Notes: generated by a model not told the origin, from the letters alone. A DNA stretch of 64,000 nt from Bdellovibrionales bacterium (GCA_031370005.1 JANMPT010000024.1:96001-160000), one strand, 5' to 3'. Positions 37,496 through 48,707 are shown, counted from the stretch's first letter. Program-made: numbers and translations.

Positions 37496-39373
37496 TTAGC
37501 GTGCGGTTTTCGACCTTTGCAGGGATCCGAGAAGTATTTTTTGATATATTTTTTGCTGAAATGTTGAAGTTTTTTGTAAATCCATGCGAAGAAGCTCTTC
37601 TGAAAAATCAGTCTTTCTAACGCCAAGACCCCGAAGTAAATATTTAAGTAGTTCTTTTATTGAACTTTCTTTGAGGGCGATTAGTGCACTTTGCAAAGTC
37701 AACTCTGTCGCTGTGAAATCACTGCCAAAGGGCATCCTTGGAAATAATTCTTGAGATTGGGCTTTGGTGATAAAATCCCGAACCTTGGTGGGAGTATTGT
37801 GTCGTGCACCTTCAGGAATTTTATAATCAGCGGCGATTTTTTTATTCTTTTTTGCAATTTTCAGAAGCTCCTCTTGAAATTCTGAGTCCGTGATATTGAG
37901 TAGCTGTTGGATCACTTGCTCATCATTTTGCTCCTTTAAATAAGCAATTCCATACTCTGTAATCACAATGTCTCGAAGATGACGTGGAATTGTCAGCTGT
38001 CCATGTGCCCAGACAATATTTGAAGATCTTTTCCCCTTCGTGATCCGCGTGCTTCGCAACATAAGCACCGAATGTGAATCAGGCAGCTCGTGGGACATGG
38101 CCACAAAATTATACTGTCCGCCAACACCGCTGATGACTTGGCCGTTTTCGAGGGTTTCAGAGGCAGCACCACCCAATAGAGTGATATTCATGGTGGTATT
38201 AAAAAAGCGCGCATTTTTTCTTTGCCGACGTAGAGCAAATTCATGAGGGTCATAGAGGTCGTTCACTTTTGAAACACGGGTCATCGAAAGCCCTTCATAG
38301 TCATGACCTTTAAGCTCTCGAAGCCATTGATAGAATTTTTTCGATCCGAGAAAAAATGCACCGTGCAGATAGCGCATGGCATATTCGTCGCGGTCATAGA
38401 TTCTGCGGCAGAGGATGCCGGCGTTTCGGAGGTGCATAAAGCCATCCATCAACATCTCGCTGGTGCCATAGAGACCTTTTTCAAAAGGACTCTCAAATGT
38501 TGAAATATTTTTTGGTTTCTCGGCATTTAGCCAAAACTCCTGATTGAGTTGACGGTACAGCTGATTTTTTTGATGACGTAAGATTGTGGCATAGACTAAG
38601 GCTTCAGAAAGACTGCCAATTCCAATTTGCAAAGTTCCATCATCTGGAATCAATTGACTAGCGTGTAAGCCGATCAAAGACTCCTCAGGCGTCATGGGCG
38701 ACAGCGGAGGAGCAAAAAGTTGATGGGTGATCTCCGCAGAGGTTAAAATGGCATCAAAAAAACTAGGTTCCACCTGAGCGTCACCGCCGAGGAAGGGAAG
38801 CTCTGGGTGAATCACTCCAACAACGACTAATGGTTTTTTAGATTTTCGATAAATGTCCACCACATCCAAAGTTAAATCTGGATTGCAGCTCAGGCTGTAG
38901 GTTTGCCCGTCAGGAGAAACTGCAATTAGTTGAACTAGCAGATTGATGTTTGAATTAAAAAGGCTTTGTGTAACATGGGTATAGTTTAAGCTATTGTAGT
39001 GGCACTGCATATTTGTATTGCCGAGATATTTTCCCGCCTGAAAATAAAACTCCTCGACCTCGATATTTTCAGGAATTTTCTTTGCTAAGAGGTCTTTCAC
39101 ATAGGTTAGCCTTGGATAATCGTCACCAAAGTGCCTCTGATAAAATGCTTTGGTAAATCGAGCCTCCAAATCTGACTTGGGATCTGGAATATCTAGGGAG
39201 AGAGCAGTGAATATTTTGAGTTTCAGCTCTTTGTTGTTCTTAACATGATCATAGACCGCATTAATTAACTGATTGGGCTTTCCTAAGCCTAGGGGAGCCG
39301 CCATGCGGATTTCTTTGCCGAGATTTGCAAAAATAAAATCGGTGGCTTCCTTGATTTGACCGAGCTGTTGCAT
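37496..39373 (-). CDS. Acetyl-CoA hydrolase/transferase family protein
   Basis: PLGLGKP, LSCNPD, GTLQIGIG, SGVGGQYNFV, DIVITEYG. Confidence 0.88.
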   Translation of the reverse strand: MQQLGQIKEATDFIFANLGKEIRMAAPLGLGKPNQLINAVYDHVKNNKELKLKIFTALSLDIPDPKSDLEARFTKAFYQRHFGDDYPRLTYVKDLLAKKIPENIEVEEFYFQAGKYLGNTNMQCHYNSLNYTHVTQSLFNSNINLLVQLIAVSPDGQTYSLSCNPDLTLDVVDIYRKSKKPLVVVGVIHPELPFLGGDAQVEPSFFDAILTSAEITHQLFAPPLSPMTPEESLIGLHASQLIPDDGTLQIGIGSLSEALVYATILRHQKNQLYRQLNQEFWLNAEKPKNISTFESPFEKGLYGTSEMLMDGFMHLRNAGILCRRIYDRDEYAMRYLHGAFFLGSKKFYQWLRELKGHDYEGLSMTRVSKVNDLYDPHEFALRRQRKNARFFNTTMNITLLGGAASETLENGQVISGVGGQYNFVAMSHELPDSHSVLMLRSTRITKGKRSSNIVWAHGQLTIPRHLRDIVITEYGIAYLKEQNDEQVIQQLLNITDSEFQEELLKIAKKNKKIAADYKIPEGARHNTPTKVRDFITKAQSQELFPRMPFGSDFTATELTLQSALIALKESSIKELLKYLLRGLGVRKTDFSEELLRMDLQKTSTFQQKIYQKILLGSLQRSKTAR

Positions 39374-39592
39374 GAGCTGAGCTTAGCTCGCCGAACCTCT
39401 TTCATGCAAGTATCCGATGAGGAGCCCGCGTGCTGAATCGATTGTGAGCCAATAGAGCTAGGGGTATTGCTCTAATATAGAGTAAAATTGTGATTAAAAA
39501 GTCTTATTAGTATTAATGCTGGCCACGGTGAGGTATGATTGATACTGATTTTATGCACTATGTGTTTGAAATAGAATCTATCGAGGAGGACA

Positions 39593-39793
39593 TTGTTGGA
39601 TATTCTTAACTATGAGTTCGAAACTATAGAGGATCGCGAGATGGCCTATCACAATATCGAAAAATGGTATGGTTCAATGGTTGCTGAGCGAGTTGAGTCT
39701 TTAAAAATTAGCGTTCAGGCGTCTAAAGAGGTTGCTGCAGCCACGGGTAAAATCATGGAAAAGCATTTCGGAACGAAAAAATTAGTTTGTTAA
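39593..39793 (+). CDS. Small hypothetical protein
   Basis: GAGGAGG RBS, 66-aa ORF. Confidence 0.5.
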   Translation: MLDILNYEFETIEDREMAYHNIEKWYGSMVAERVESLKISVQASKEVAAATGKIMEKHFGTKKLVC

Positions 39794-39831
39794 TTGTTTG
39801 TATATTGCCTTCGCTGTAAGAATCCTGGACG

Positions 39832-41568
39832 ATGTTTTCCATGAAAAATAAAATCTGGTTCCGTCTGTTTTCGATTGCACGGCCTGAAGCAAAATTTCTT
39901 TCCTGGGGTTTGTTTTTTTTGGTTCTTTCCAGTGGCTCAGGGCTGGCTTATCCGCAGCTAATTCGTTGGATGATTGATAATGTTTTACAACCCAAGAGGC
40001 AGGATTTACTGCTTCCTGTGGTTTTAGGCCTTTTCGCAGCCTTTGCCATTCAAGGGGTGGCGTCCAGCCTACGTTATTACCTTTTCACCTTAGGTGGAGA
40101 GCGTATGGTGATCCGTTTACGAAAACAGCTCTATGAAAAAATTCTTTCCCAAGAGGTTTTCTTTTTTGATTTCAATCGTACGGGCGATTTAATGAGTCGC
40201 CTTTCCTCGGACTGCACAACTTTACAAAACACTGTGAGTGTAAATGTGTCTCAGGGGTTGCGAAACCTCGGCCAAGTAATTGGTGGACTTGTCTTTATGT
40301 TTTTTACCTCCTGGAAGTTGTCTATATTCATGCTGCTTTTAATTCCTCCTATTGCTTTGGCGGCTGCTCTATTTGGTAAAAGTATTCGTAAGTATTCGAA
40401 GGAGTCTCAAGCCGCACTGGCCGAAGCGAGTATTGTTGCCGATGAAACAATCTCGGGTGTTCGTACAGTTAAGTCCTTTGTTCAAGAGCACAATGAAGTT
40501 CGCCGCTATCATAGTGCTATGGCGACGGTTCTGGTTTTTGTGCGTTTGCGTATTCGTGCCATTGCGAAATTTATGACATTAGCAATGGTTGCGGGCTTCG
40601 GTGCTATTTGTTTTGTTCTTTGGTACGGTGGTCGGGAGGTGTTGCTTGGACATCTTTCTGTTGGGGATCTGACTCAGTTCTTACTTTATCTGATGATAGT
40701 TGCAATCGGGGTTGGTAGCCTCGGCAGTCTATGGGGAGACCTCATGGCCGGCATTGGTGCAAGTCAACGCGTTTTTGAAATCCTTGAGAGTGAGTCCGTG
40801 GTGAAAGACGAAGGGATCGAAACTATGTCTTTGCGGGGGCAGATTGACTTCAAAGATGTCCACTTTCGCTATCCCTCTCGCGGCGACATTGAAGTTTTAA
40901 AAGGGATCAGTCTTGAAATTCACCCAGGCCAGGTGGTCGCCTTAGTTGGTTCATCTGGAAGTGGCAAGACCACGGTGGCAGGTCTTTTGCCAAGATTTTA
41001 TGAGCCAACATCCGGAGAAATTATTCTCGATGGCCATAAGCTCAGTGAGTTTCGGCCTTCGTGGCTCCGTGAACAGATCGGCATGGTTTCTCAAGAACCG
41101 GTTTTGATTTCCTCCACACTCGAAGAAAATATTCGCTATGGAAAGCCCACTGCCAGCATGGCGGAGGTTGAGGCTGCGGCTAAGGCGGCCAATGCTCTTG
41201 AGTTTATTGAACGTTTTCCAGAGGGCTTCAAAACCCGCGTCGGCGAAAAGGGATTTCAGCTTTCTGGTGGGCAAAAACAGCGAATTGCCATTGCGCGGGC
41301 TCTTCTTAAAAATCCGAAGATTTTGATTCTTGATGAAGCGACAAGCAGTCTTGACACAGCGAGTGAGCACCTGGTTCAGGAGGCCCTGCAGCGCTTGATG
41401 GTGAGCCGAACTACATTGATCATTGCCCATCGTTTAGCGACAGTTCGGAATGTTGACGTGATTTTTGTCGTTCAGGAGGGGCGAATTGTGCAAAGGGGCA
41501 CTCACGAGGAGCTTGTCGCCAAGCCACAAGGGCTTTACTATCAGCTTTTACAAAGACAGTTCCTATAG
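39832..41568 (+). CDS. ABC exporter (fused TMD + NBD, ABCB/MsbA-like)
   Basis: About six TM helices, GSSGSGKT, LSGGQKQR, ILDEATS, IAH. Confidence 0.95.
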   Translation: MFSMKNKIWFRLFSIARPEAKFLSWGLFFLVLSSGSGLAYPQLIRWMIDNVLQPKRQDLLLPVVLGLFAAFAIQGVASSLRYYLFTLGGERMVIRLRKQLYEKILSQEVFFFDFNRTGDLMSRLSSDCTTLQNTVSVNVSQGLRNLGQVIGGLVFMFFTSWKLSIFMLLLIPPIALAAALFGKSIRKYSKESQAALAEASIVADETISGVRTVKSFVQEHNEVRRYHSAMATVLVFVRLRIRAIAKFMTLAMVAGFGAICFVLWYGGREVLLGHLSVGDLTQFLLYLMIVAIGVGSLGSLWGDLMAGIGASQRVFEILESESVVKDEGIETMSLRGQIDFKDVHFRYPSRGDIEVLKGISLEIHPGQVVALVGSSGSGKTTVAGLLPRFYEPTSGEIILDGHKLSEFRPSWLREQIGMVSQEPVLISSTLEENIRYGKPTASMAEVEAAAKAANALEFIERFPEGFKTRVGEKGFQLSGGQKQRIAIARALLKNPKILILDEATSSLDTASEHLVQEALQRLMVSRTTLIIAHRLATVRNVDVIFVVQEGRIVQRGTHEELVAKPQGLYYQLLQRQFL

Positions 41569-41576
41569 GAGATTGT

Positions 41577-41921
41577 GTGAGAAACATTATAAATGAAAAT
41601 CAAATTGAAATTAATGCGATGAGGTCTATTGAGAACTTTCACCCAAACATTGTCGTCGAGGTGAACAAGGCGATTTCAGAGCATGAGTGGGTTATTGTGG
41701 GGATGAGGCAGAATCCTGTAGTCAAAAATGCGCGGAAGTATTTTTCCGACAAAGGGATTCCATTTCATTACATCGAATACGGCAGTTATTTTTCTCAGTG
41801 GAAGCCGCGCCTTGCTATCAAGCTTTGGTCAGGATGGCCGACCTTTCCTCAGATTTTCCACAAAGCCAAGCTTGTGGGTGGTTACGCAGAACTAAAAAAT
41901 TACAACCCGCCAAGCAATTAG
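41577..41921 (+). CDS. Glutaredoxin-fold protein lacking cysteine
   Basis: SGWPTFPQIF...LVGG Grx signature; no Cys in the sequence. Confidence 0.7.
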   Translation: MRNIINENQIEINAMRSIENFHPNIVVEVNKAISEHEWVIVGMRQNPVVKNARKYFSDKGIPFHYIEYGSYFSQWKPRLAIKLWSGWPTFPQIFHKAKLVGGYAELKNYNPPSN

Positions 41922-42042
41922 CGGCCGAACACGGCTAAAGTTATCGACAAGGGAAGTCAAATACCCAATTGGCGCGATGCAATACTAAAAAGAAGGCCAT
42001 ACCTTCTGGTCATCCAATTTCTTTTGGGCTACAAGTTTTTTC

Positions 42043-43056
42043 GTGTACTTTAGCTGTAAAATTTCTAACTCTATTTTGACTTATCTGGAGACCCAGGGCG
42101 AAGACATGTCCGTTCTTTATGAACAGCAGACTCCGTTGCCAGTGGAGTTGATGCGGGATCCATCCTATTGGATGAGCGCGCCGGATATGGAGACTTTTCT
42201 GGAGTCTCTATTGCGGATGCCGCTGAAAAGCAATGACGGCAATCTCTTGTTGAAGGTGGGTCATGATGGGCCCAAGATTCGTGCGTGGGGAGTTCTCGAT
42301 TCTGTCTTGAGAATGATGCCAAGACCTCAGGAAATTTTCAATCAACCAGAGCGGTTTCTTTCTCACTTTATCTCTCCGGAGCCGCCTGTGGAAAATCTTC
42401 GTAGAGATGAGAGTTCGATCTCTTTTGATCTGCCTTTGCCGGCAGAGCAATATCCTCATGTTACGACATATATGAAAGCGGCCCTCGAGTCCTTGCCAGT
42501 GTATGTGGGGCAAAATCTTGCAACCTGTGAGTGGTCAGAAATTCATCTTGAACTTCGCTGGTCTGATCATCAAAAATCAATTTTTGAAATTGATCCTGGT
42601 CACCAAATTAGCCCGCAGCTAATGCAATCAGTGATCGACGAGCTGCAAAAGCATCAGCGTGAACTCGAAGAGCGCAACTGCGAGCTGCAAAAGAAAAATG
42701 AAGAGCTCTTACAGGCTCACATGGATTTACAAGCGAATTTGCGAGCCAAAGCCCCGTCGTTGCTTCCGCAGGTGGGGCCACTTTCGAAATTAGATTTTGA
42801 AACTCAGGGGCCTGGATATGTCATAGGGCAAAACACAGCTCGTCTGCATGATTATATGGTGCGAGCTCAACAGTTAGTGACTATGCTTACAGCCCAAGGG
42901 AAAATGACCCCAGAGGCGAAAGAAGCCATGCGCCGAGTGGACTGGGAGCATGTAAAAAACAGCTATCCAAAAACCGTCTCAGATATCATGGATTCCCTGA
43001 GAAATCTGCAAAATCAACTAGCACAGAAAGTAAAAGAGGAGAACACCCATGTCTGA
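42043..43056 (+). CDS. Hypothetical protein: possible ligand-binding N-terminal domain plus coiled coil
   Basis: 337-aa ORF overlapping the eno start; [16 protein letters not shown] linker like those of sensor kinases. Confidence 0.6.
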   Translation: MYFSCKISNSILTYLETQGEDMSVLYEQQTPLPVELMRDPSYWMSAPDMETFLESLLRMPLKSNDGNLLLKVGHDGPKIRAWGVLDSVLRMMPRPQEIFNQPERFLSHFISPEPPVENLRRDESSISFDLPLPAEQYPHVTTYMKAALESLPVYVGQNLATCEWSEIHLELRWSDHQKSIFEIDPGHQISPQLMQSVIDELQKHQRELEERNCELQKKNEELLQAHMDLQANLRAKAPSLLPQVGPLSKLDFETQGPGYVIGQNTARLHDYMVRAQQLVTMLTAQGKMTPEAKEAMRRVDWEHVKNSYPKTVSDIMDSLRNLQNQLAQKVKEENTHV

Positions 43057-44317
43057 GATCTTAAATATTATCTCTCGTGAAATTTTGGATAGCCGTGGAA
43101 ATCCCACTGTTGAAGTGGAGGTTCACACAACTCTTGGCAATATCGGAAGAGCAGCTGTTCCATCCGGTGCATCGACTGGAGCTCATGAGGCTTGTGAGCT
43201 TCGCGATGGCGACAAGAAACGTTTTCTTGGAAAGGGTGTTTTTAAGGCTGTGGACAATGTTCGCGAGAAATTGGCACCTGGGGTTATTGGTCTTCCAGTA
43301 ACGGACCAAGTTTATATCGACAAAATTTTACGAGAAATTGACGGCACAGAGAATAAATCAAATCTAGGAGCGAATGCGATTTTGGGTGTTTCTTTGGCTG
43401 TGGCGAAGGCCGCAGCTTTGGATGTTGGGCTTCCGTTGTACCGTTATGTCGGAGGATCACAAGCTTGTCGCCTGCCAGTTCCACTTATGAATCTGATCAA
43501 CGGTGGCGCACATGCGAATAATGGCCTCGATGTTCAAGAGTTTATGATTGTTCCAACCGTAAACAACTCTTATGCGGAGTCTCTCCGCGCTGGATCTGAA
43601 ATTTTCCATACGCTTAAATCCATTCTTGCTAAAAAAGGATTTTCCACTGCTGTTGGTGACGAAGGGGGCTTTGCTCCGAAATTAGGAAGCAATCAAGAGG
43701 CTTTGGATTTGCTGATGGAAGCGATTCAACAAGCGGGCTATGAACCTGGCCAAAATATTTTCTTAGCCCTGGACGTTGCTGCAACAGAAATGTTGAAAGA
43801 TGGCAAGTACCAGTGGCAAGGAAACTTGATCACAGCCAAAGAGCTTCAAGGTGTTTACAAATCTTGGACTGAAAAATACCCACTTGTGAGCATTGAAGAT
43901 GGTTTTGGCGAAGATGATTGGGACGCTTGGGCTTCTATCACCGCTGAACTTGGCAACCATGTCCAACTGGTGGGGGATGATTTGTTTGTGACTAATCCAA
44001 AACGTCTTCGCCAAGGTATCGACAAAAAGACCGCTAATGCCTTGCTTGTGAAAGTAAATCAAATTGGAACTCTCACGGAGACTTCTGAAGCTGTGAGCCT
44101 GGCTCAAAGAAATAAATATAAGACAATTATGTCCCATCGCTCAGGAGAAACCGAAGATACAACTATCGCGGATCTTGCAGTGGCGCTGAACTGTCACCAG
44201 ATCAAAACGGGCAGCCTCTGCCGCTCTGAGCGTGTTGCAAAGTACAACCAGCTTCTACGCATCGAGGAAGATCTCGGCGGCATGGGTATATACTGGGACA
44301 AGGCTGCCTTTCGTTAA
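43049..44317 (+). CDS. eno: Enolase
   Basis: [42 protein letters not shown]. Confidence 0.98.
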   Translation: MSEILNIISREILDSRGNPTVEVEVHTTLGNIGRAAVPSGASTGAHEACELRDGDKKRFLGKGVFKAVDNVREKLAPGVIGLPVTDQVYIDKILREIDGTENKSNLGANAILGVSLAVAKAAALDVGLPLYRYVGGSQACRLPVPLMNLINGGAHANNGLDVQEFMIVPTVNNSYAESLRAGSEIFHTLKSILAKKGFSTAVGDEGGFAPKLGSNQEALDLLMEAIQQAGYEPGQNIFLALDVAATEMLKDGKYQWQGNLITAKELQGVYKSWTEKYPLVSIEDGFGEDDWDAWASITAELGNHVQLVGDDLFVTNPKRLRQGIDKKTANALLVKVNQIGTLTETSEAVSLAQRNKYKTIMSHRSGETEDTTIADLAVALNCHQIKTGSLCRSERVAKYNQLLRIEEDLGGMGIYWDKAAFR

Positions 44318-44479
44318 AAAATAGAGCCCTGGTTCGAGCCCGGGCTTAATTATTGCACCTTAATTATTCACAAAATTGCATTGAAAGCGCCGTGCGTTTC
44401 AATGGGTTATGATAGTATTTAGACTGTCGTATTTTCGAACAGTCCTGAAAAAATTACAGAGGTTGAAGGAGCTGTTTAT

Positions 44480-45310
44480 ATGAAAGCTTTGAATGCTATG
44501 AAAGCGTTGTCATATGTATTTTTAGGAGTTCTAGTCTTTTCCTCTGCTCAGGCAAAAACAATATTGATCTCTGACATTGACGACACTATTAAAAACTCCC
44601 ATGTGTTAGACAAAAGTGACGCCTTCTTCAATGCCAATAATACTGAGAATCTAGTTTTAGGCATGAACATTGTCTATCATGCAGTAAAAGTGAAAGACCC
44701 CAGCGTTAAATTTTTCTATGTAACGAATGCTCCCAAATTTCTCATGAGTTCAAGTCATAGTGAGTTTTTATCTTTAAATAAATTCCCAGTGGGTAGCTTA
44801 AGGCTTCGCCATAGTCTTTTTCAAAATGATTTTAAAATCACTGAGATTCGAAAGATTTTAAAAGCGGAACATCCAGATACAGTTATTCTTACGGGTGATA
44901 ATGGCGAGAAAGATATTTTCGTTTATGAACAAATGAAAAGGGAAAACCCGCAAATTCACTTTTTAACATATATTCATTTGATTTATTCGCGTCTCAATCG
45001 CGAAAACCCTGGCGCTGTGATGTTGCCAGGGCAAGTTGGCTTTGCAACTTCGCTAGATTTGATTCTTCAATTGCAAAAAGAAGGATTTGTTACTAGTACG
45101 GAAACAGTTTCATTTGTGAATGGCTTCATCAAGTCTTTTGCAGAAGAGGACGATATGGCCGAAGTCGGTCGTGTAGCGATACCATTTTGGATGGACTGTC
45201 GTGATTTCACTTGGTCAGCACCAGATGCGGCCTTTGCTCAATCGCAGTCGTACTCGGCAGCGAAAAGTCGAATTCTTGAGCGCTGTCAGGTCGCTGCGGG
45301 CGAGGACTAG
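44480..45310 (+). CDS. Secreted App1/HAD-like phosphatase
   Basis: Signal peptide; ISDIDDTIK (DxDxT), FYVT, GDNGEKD. Confidence 0.8.
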   Translation: MKALNAMKALSYVFLGVLVFSSAQAKTILISDIDDTIKNSHVLDKSDAFFNANNTENLVLGMNIVYHAVKVKDPSVKFFYVTNAPKFLMSSSHSEFLSLNKFPVGSLRLRHSLFQNDFKITEIRKILKAEHPDTVILTGDNGEKDIFVYEQMKRENPQIHFLTYIHLIYSRLNRENPGAVMLPGQVGFATSLDLILQLQKEGFVTSTETVSFVNGFIKSFAEEDDMAEVGRVAIPFWMDCRDFTWSAPDAAFAQSQSYSAAKSRILERCQVAAGED

Positions 45311-45357
45311 ACTTTCAGCGCGTTGATTCTCGAAACAGAAGGCCGTACCTTAAGAGA

Positions 45358-45663
45358 ATGTCAGTTCGAAAAATGGCCATTTCATTTCGTAGTTTTCTGA
45401 ATCATCCAGGCAAGGTGACCACTCTTTGCGTAGTTTTTTTCGCGATGACGCTGATGATGAATGGTCTTTTGTGGCGTCTTTGGGGGCTTCATAGAGATTT
45501 CGAAAGACTGACGCTAGAGATTACAGGAACACGAAGTGATATTGGGCAACTCAATATACAGCTTAAACAGGCGAAAGATCCCAGTTTTATCGAGCGGCAA
45601 GCTCGCGACAAGTTGGATTTGGTCAGTGAAAAGGACCTGGTTTTCGTCTTTCCAGAGCGGTGA
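45358..45663 (+). CDS. ftsB: Septum formation initiator FtsB/DivIC
   Basis: One TM, coiled coil, DPSFIERQARDKLDLV; near eno. Confidence 0.8.
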   Translation: MSVRKMAISFRSFLNHPGKVTTLCVVFFAMTLMMNGLLWRLWGLHRDFERLTLEITGTRSDIGQLNIQLKQAKDPSFIERQARDKLDLVSEKDLVFVFPER

Positions 45664-45772
45664 GCGCCGCGACATTTTTATTGCAGTGTCACGTGTAAAA
45701 ATCAGCTTAAAAATCTAGGATATGAACTCTAAATTTTCTGATTTTATGAATGAAATCAGTGAGGTTATATAG

Positions 45773-46081
45773 ATGGTCTCAAATACTACAGACATTATAA
45801 GTCCATTAAATAAAGACACAATTAAGTCCCTTCGTCTTCGTTTGGGTTGGAGTCAGGCCGATTTTGCACGACGCTTAAACTGTGCCATAACAGAAGTTAT
45901 GTATTGGGAGAATGGCTCACAAACCCCAACTTCACATTTTCTGAATGAAATGTTTTTACTTGTTAAGCAGGCAGATGCTTGTAGCTATGAAGTTCATGCC
46001 GCTCCTCTTGCTGAAAACATATGCGAAAAACAGGCTTTAGGACAAATCGAATTCTCTGAAATCAAAGAAGAGATTGAATAG
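45773..46081 (+). CDS. Xre-family HTH protein
   Basis: IKSLRLRLGWSQADFARRL...WENG. Confidence 0.85.
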   Translation: MVSNTTDIISPLNKDTIKSLRLRLGWSQADFARRLNCAITEVMYWENGSQTPTSHFLNEMFLLVKQADACSYEVHAAPLAENICEKQALGQIEFSEIKEEIE

Positions 46082-46109
46082 AATCTGAGACTCAAGTAGA
46101 GGTAAATCC

Positions 46110-48707
46110 ATGAAAAAGATTTATCTCGTAGATGTGAGTTCGATGTTTTTTCGCGCTTACTATGCTATTCGTCCGTTAAACGCCCCTTCAGGGATTCCTG
46201 TTAATGCTATTTATGGATTTCTGTCGATGATCACCAAGCTTTTTAAAGATGAAAAGCCTGATTATATGATTTTTGCATATGATCGTAAGGAACCCTCTTT
46301 TCGTAAAGAACTTTACCCGGAATACAAAGCCCATCGCACTGCCATGCCTGATGATTTGGCTGTGCAAATTCCTTATATTAAAAAACTTGCGGACTTCTTA
46401 GGAGTTCCGGCGCTAGAGATCTCGCCGTATGAGGCTGATGATATTATTGGAACCCTTGTGAAATTGGGACTTAAACATCACCATGAAGTGGTGATAGTTA
46501 GTGGTGACAAGGACTTTGGCCAGCTCATTCAAAAAAATGTTGTACTTTATGATACGATGAAAGATGTGAAATATGATGAGGTTGGCGTTTACGAAAAATG
46601 GGGCGTTCGACCGGATCAGTTTATCGATTACTTGGCCTTAGTTGGTGATGCCTCGGATAATATTCCCGGCGTAGCTGGAATTGGACCAAAAGGAGCGCAA
46701 AAACTTTTAGAGCAATTTAAGACTCTTGAAGATATTTACGAAGACCTCGGTAAGGTAACAAGCAAAGGAGTTCGCGAGAAGCTAGAGTCCTCTCGTGAAA
46801 ATGCATTGCTGTCAAAAAAACTTGTGACTATTGCTATGGATGTCCCAGTGAGTGAGAACTTTGAGGACTATCATTTGCGGCCATTACAAACCGACAATCT
46901 GCGCGCACTACTTCAAGAGTTGAACTTTAAATCTTTTGAGAAGTCTCTATTAGGTGATGAGGCTTCCCATGGTACTCTTCACGACAATATTGTACCTAAG
47001 CCTGGGGTTAAGACGATGGCTGTGAATCCGCTGGAGGATATTAAGATTTCCTCTTTGCCTTCGGAAGTGATGACAAAGGTTGACGCGTATTTGCATATCA
47101 AAGAGGTGTCATTATCAGTGGTCGATCTCTTGCGGGTACTTCAAGACAATGACAAGCTTTGGGGCTTCAGTGATGAGCGGGGAGTTTTTATTGGCCGTGA
47201 TCAAGAGCTTTGGGCTATTGAGGGCAACTACGCTGAGCTGGGTGCCGCAACAGATAAAAAACATATTCGCTGGTTAGGTTTTGACCTCAAAAATTTTTTC
47301 CATAAAATAGAGGCGCACACACCCGTGGTCACATGGGATTCCTCTTTAGCAGCCTATGTGGTACGTGCCGGAGATAGCACTGACTTCGAAAATATTTATA
47401 AAAAATTTGTGGGTATTGGTCTGCCAGAATTCGCTAGTCCTGCGCAAATTTACAAGGCTCATATTGAATTGCAGCACATTTTACAAGATCGCTTGAGTCT
47501 TTTCAGTGGCGAGAATATTTTGAATGAACTTGAACTGCCACTACTGCCTATTTTATTGAATATGGAGTATAAAGGTATTCGTATCGACACTGAGCTTTTG
47601 AAAATTCAGTCTGTTGAACTTACTGAAGAGCTTGTCTTGCTTGAGAAAGAAATTCATCACTTAGCAGGAGAATCATTTAATGTTGCCAGCCCAAAGCAGT
47701 TGGGGGTTATTCTCTTTGAAAAATTAGGCCTTGCTGTAGGAAAAAAAACAAAGACAGGTTATTCCACAGGAGAAGATGTTTTAGAGAAGCTAAATCACCC
47801 AATCGCAGCAAAAGTTCTTCAGTGGCGCGAGCTTGCCAAGCTTAAATCCACCTATGTCGATGCACTACCGGAAATGATTGATGCCAAAGATGGCCGAATT
47901 CACACAAGTTTTAATCAAGCATTGACCTCAACGGGTCGTCTTTCAAGTACGCAGCCAAACCTACAAAACATTCCGATTCGCACAGAGCGCGGCCAGAGGG
48001 TTCGTCAGGCTTTTATTGCAGATAAGGGAAAAAAACTTTTGTCTATGGATTATTCTCAAATTGAATTACGGATTCTTGCGCATATTTCCGAAGATCCGGG
48101 TTTGTTGAGAGCCTTCCGCGATGACCTTGATATTCATGCTGCTACTGCTGCCGAGATTTTTAATGTTGATGTCAAACACGTTACGAGTGAACAACGTCGC
48201 AGCGCAAAGGCTGTTAATTTTGGAATTGCCTATGGTCAGGGTGCCTTCGGGCTTGCTGCGAGCCTTGGAATTCCAAATAAGGATGCTCAAGATATCATTG
48301 GTCGCTATTTCGATAAATTCGGTGGTGTTCGAGAGTATATTGAAAACACAATTAAAACGGCCCATGAAAATGGTTATGTTGAGACACTTTTCGGACGGCG
48401 GCGCTATATTGAAGAACTAAGCGCCAAAAACCATATGTTAAAGAAGTTCGGGGAGCGAGCGGCTATTAACGCCCCTATCCAAGGTACTGCCAGCGATCTG
48501 GTGAAAAAAGCAATGATTGAGATTGTGCAAAAAGTGAGAGTAGACCTTGTACTGCAGGTGCATGACGAATTGATCTTCGAAGGAAGCCGCGAGGAGCTCT
48601 CTGCGCATATCCCGCAGCTAGCTCGAATCATGGAATCGGCAATGAAACTAAAGGTTCCGTTGAAAGTGAATTATGCCATCGGTAACAATTGGGACGAAGC
48701 ACACTAA
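46110..48707 (+). CDS. polA: DNA polymerase I
   Basis: 5'-3' exo (YEADD, SGDKD, GDASDNIPGV), TGRLSS, DYSQIELR, KAVNFG..YG, QVHDEL; proofreading domain degenerate. Confidence 0.97.
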   Translation: MKKIYLVDVSSMFFRAYYAIRPLNAPSGIPVNAIYGFLSMITKLFKDEKPDYMIFAYDRKEPSFRKELYPEYKAHRTAMPDDLAVQIPYIKKLADFLGVPALEISPYEADDIIGTLVKLGLKHHHEVVIVSGDKDFGQLIQKNVVLYDTMKDVKYDEVGVYEKWGVRPDQFIDYLALVGDASDNIPGVAGIGPKGAQKLLEQFKTLEDIYEDLGKVTSKGVREKLESSRENALLSKKLVTIAMDVPVSENFEDYHLRPLQTDNLRALLQELNFKSFEKSLLGDEASHGTLHDNIVPKPGVKTMAVNPLEDIKISSLPSEVMTKVDAYLHIKEVSLSVVDLLRVLQDNDKLWGFSDERGVFIGRDQELWAIEGNYAELGAATDKKHIRWLGFDLKNFFHKIEAHTPVVTWDSSLAAYVVRAGDSTDFENIYKKFVGIGLPEFASPAQIYKAHIELQHILQDRLSLFSGENILNELELPLLPILLNMEYKGIRIDTELLKIQSVELTEELVLLEKEIHHLAGESFNVASPKQLGVILFEKLGLAVGKKTKTGYSTGEDVLEKLNHPIAAKVLQWRELAKLKSTYVDALPEMIDAKDGRIHTSFNQALTSTGRLSSTQPNLQNIPIRTERGQRVRQAFIADKGKKLLSMDYSQIELRILAHISEDPGLLRAFRDDLDIHAATAAEIFNVDVKHVTSEQRRSAKAVNFGIAYGQGAFGLAASLGIPNKDAQDIIGRYFDKFGGVREYIENTIKTAHENGYVETLFGRRRYIEELSAKNHMLKKFGERAAINAPIQGTASDLVKKAMIEIVQKVRVDLVLQVHDELIFEGSREELSAHIPQLARIMESAMKLKVPLKVNYAIGNNWDEAH

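Noticed and set aside
44325..44346. Hairpin after eno as a terminator
   Set aside because: Mismatched stem and weak T tract; not enough support to list as a feature
45773..46081. Xre HTH as a prophage repressor or antitoxin
   Set aside because: Flanked by ftsB and polA, with no phage or toxin genes
46950..47500. Degenerate 3'-5' exonuclease region of PolA
   Set aside because: Common in bacterial PolI; the reading frame is intact
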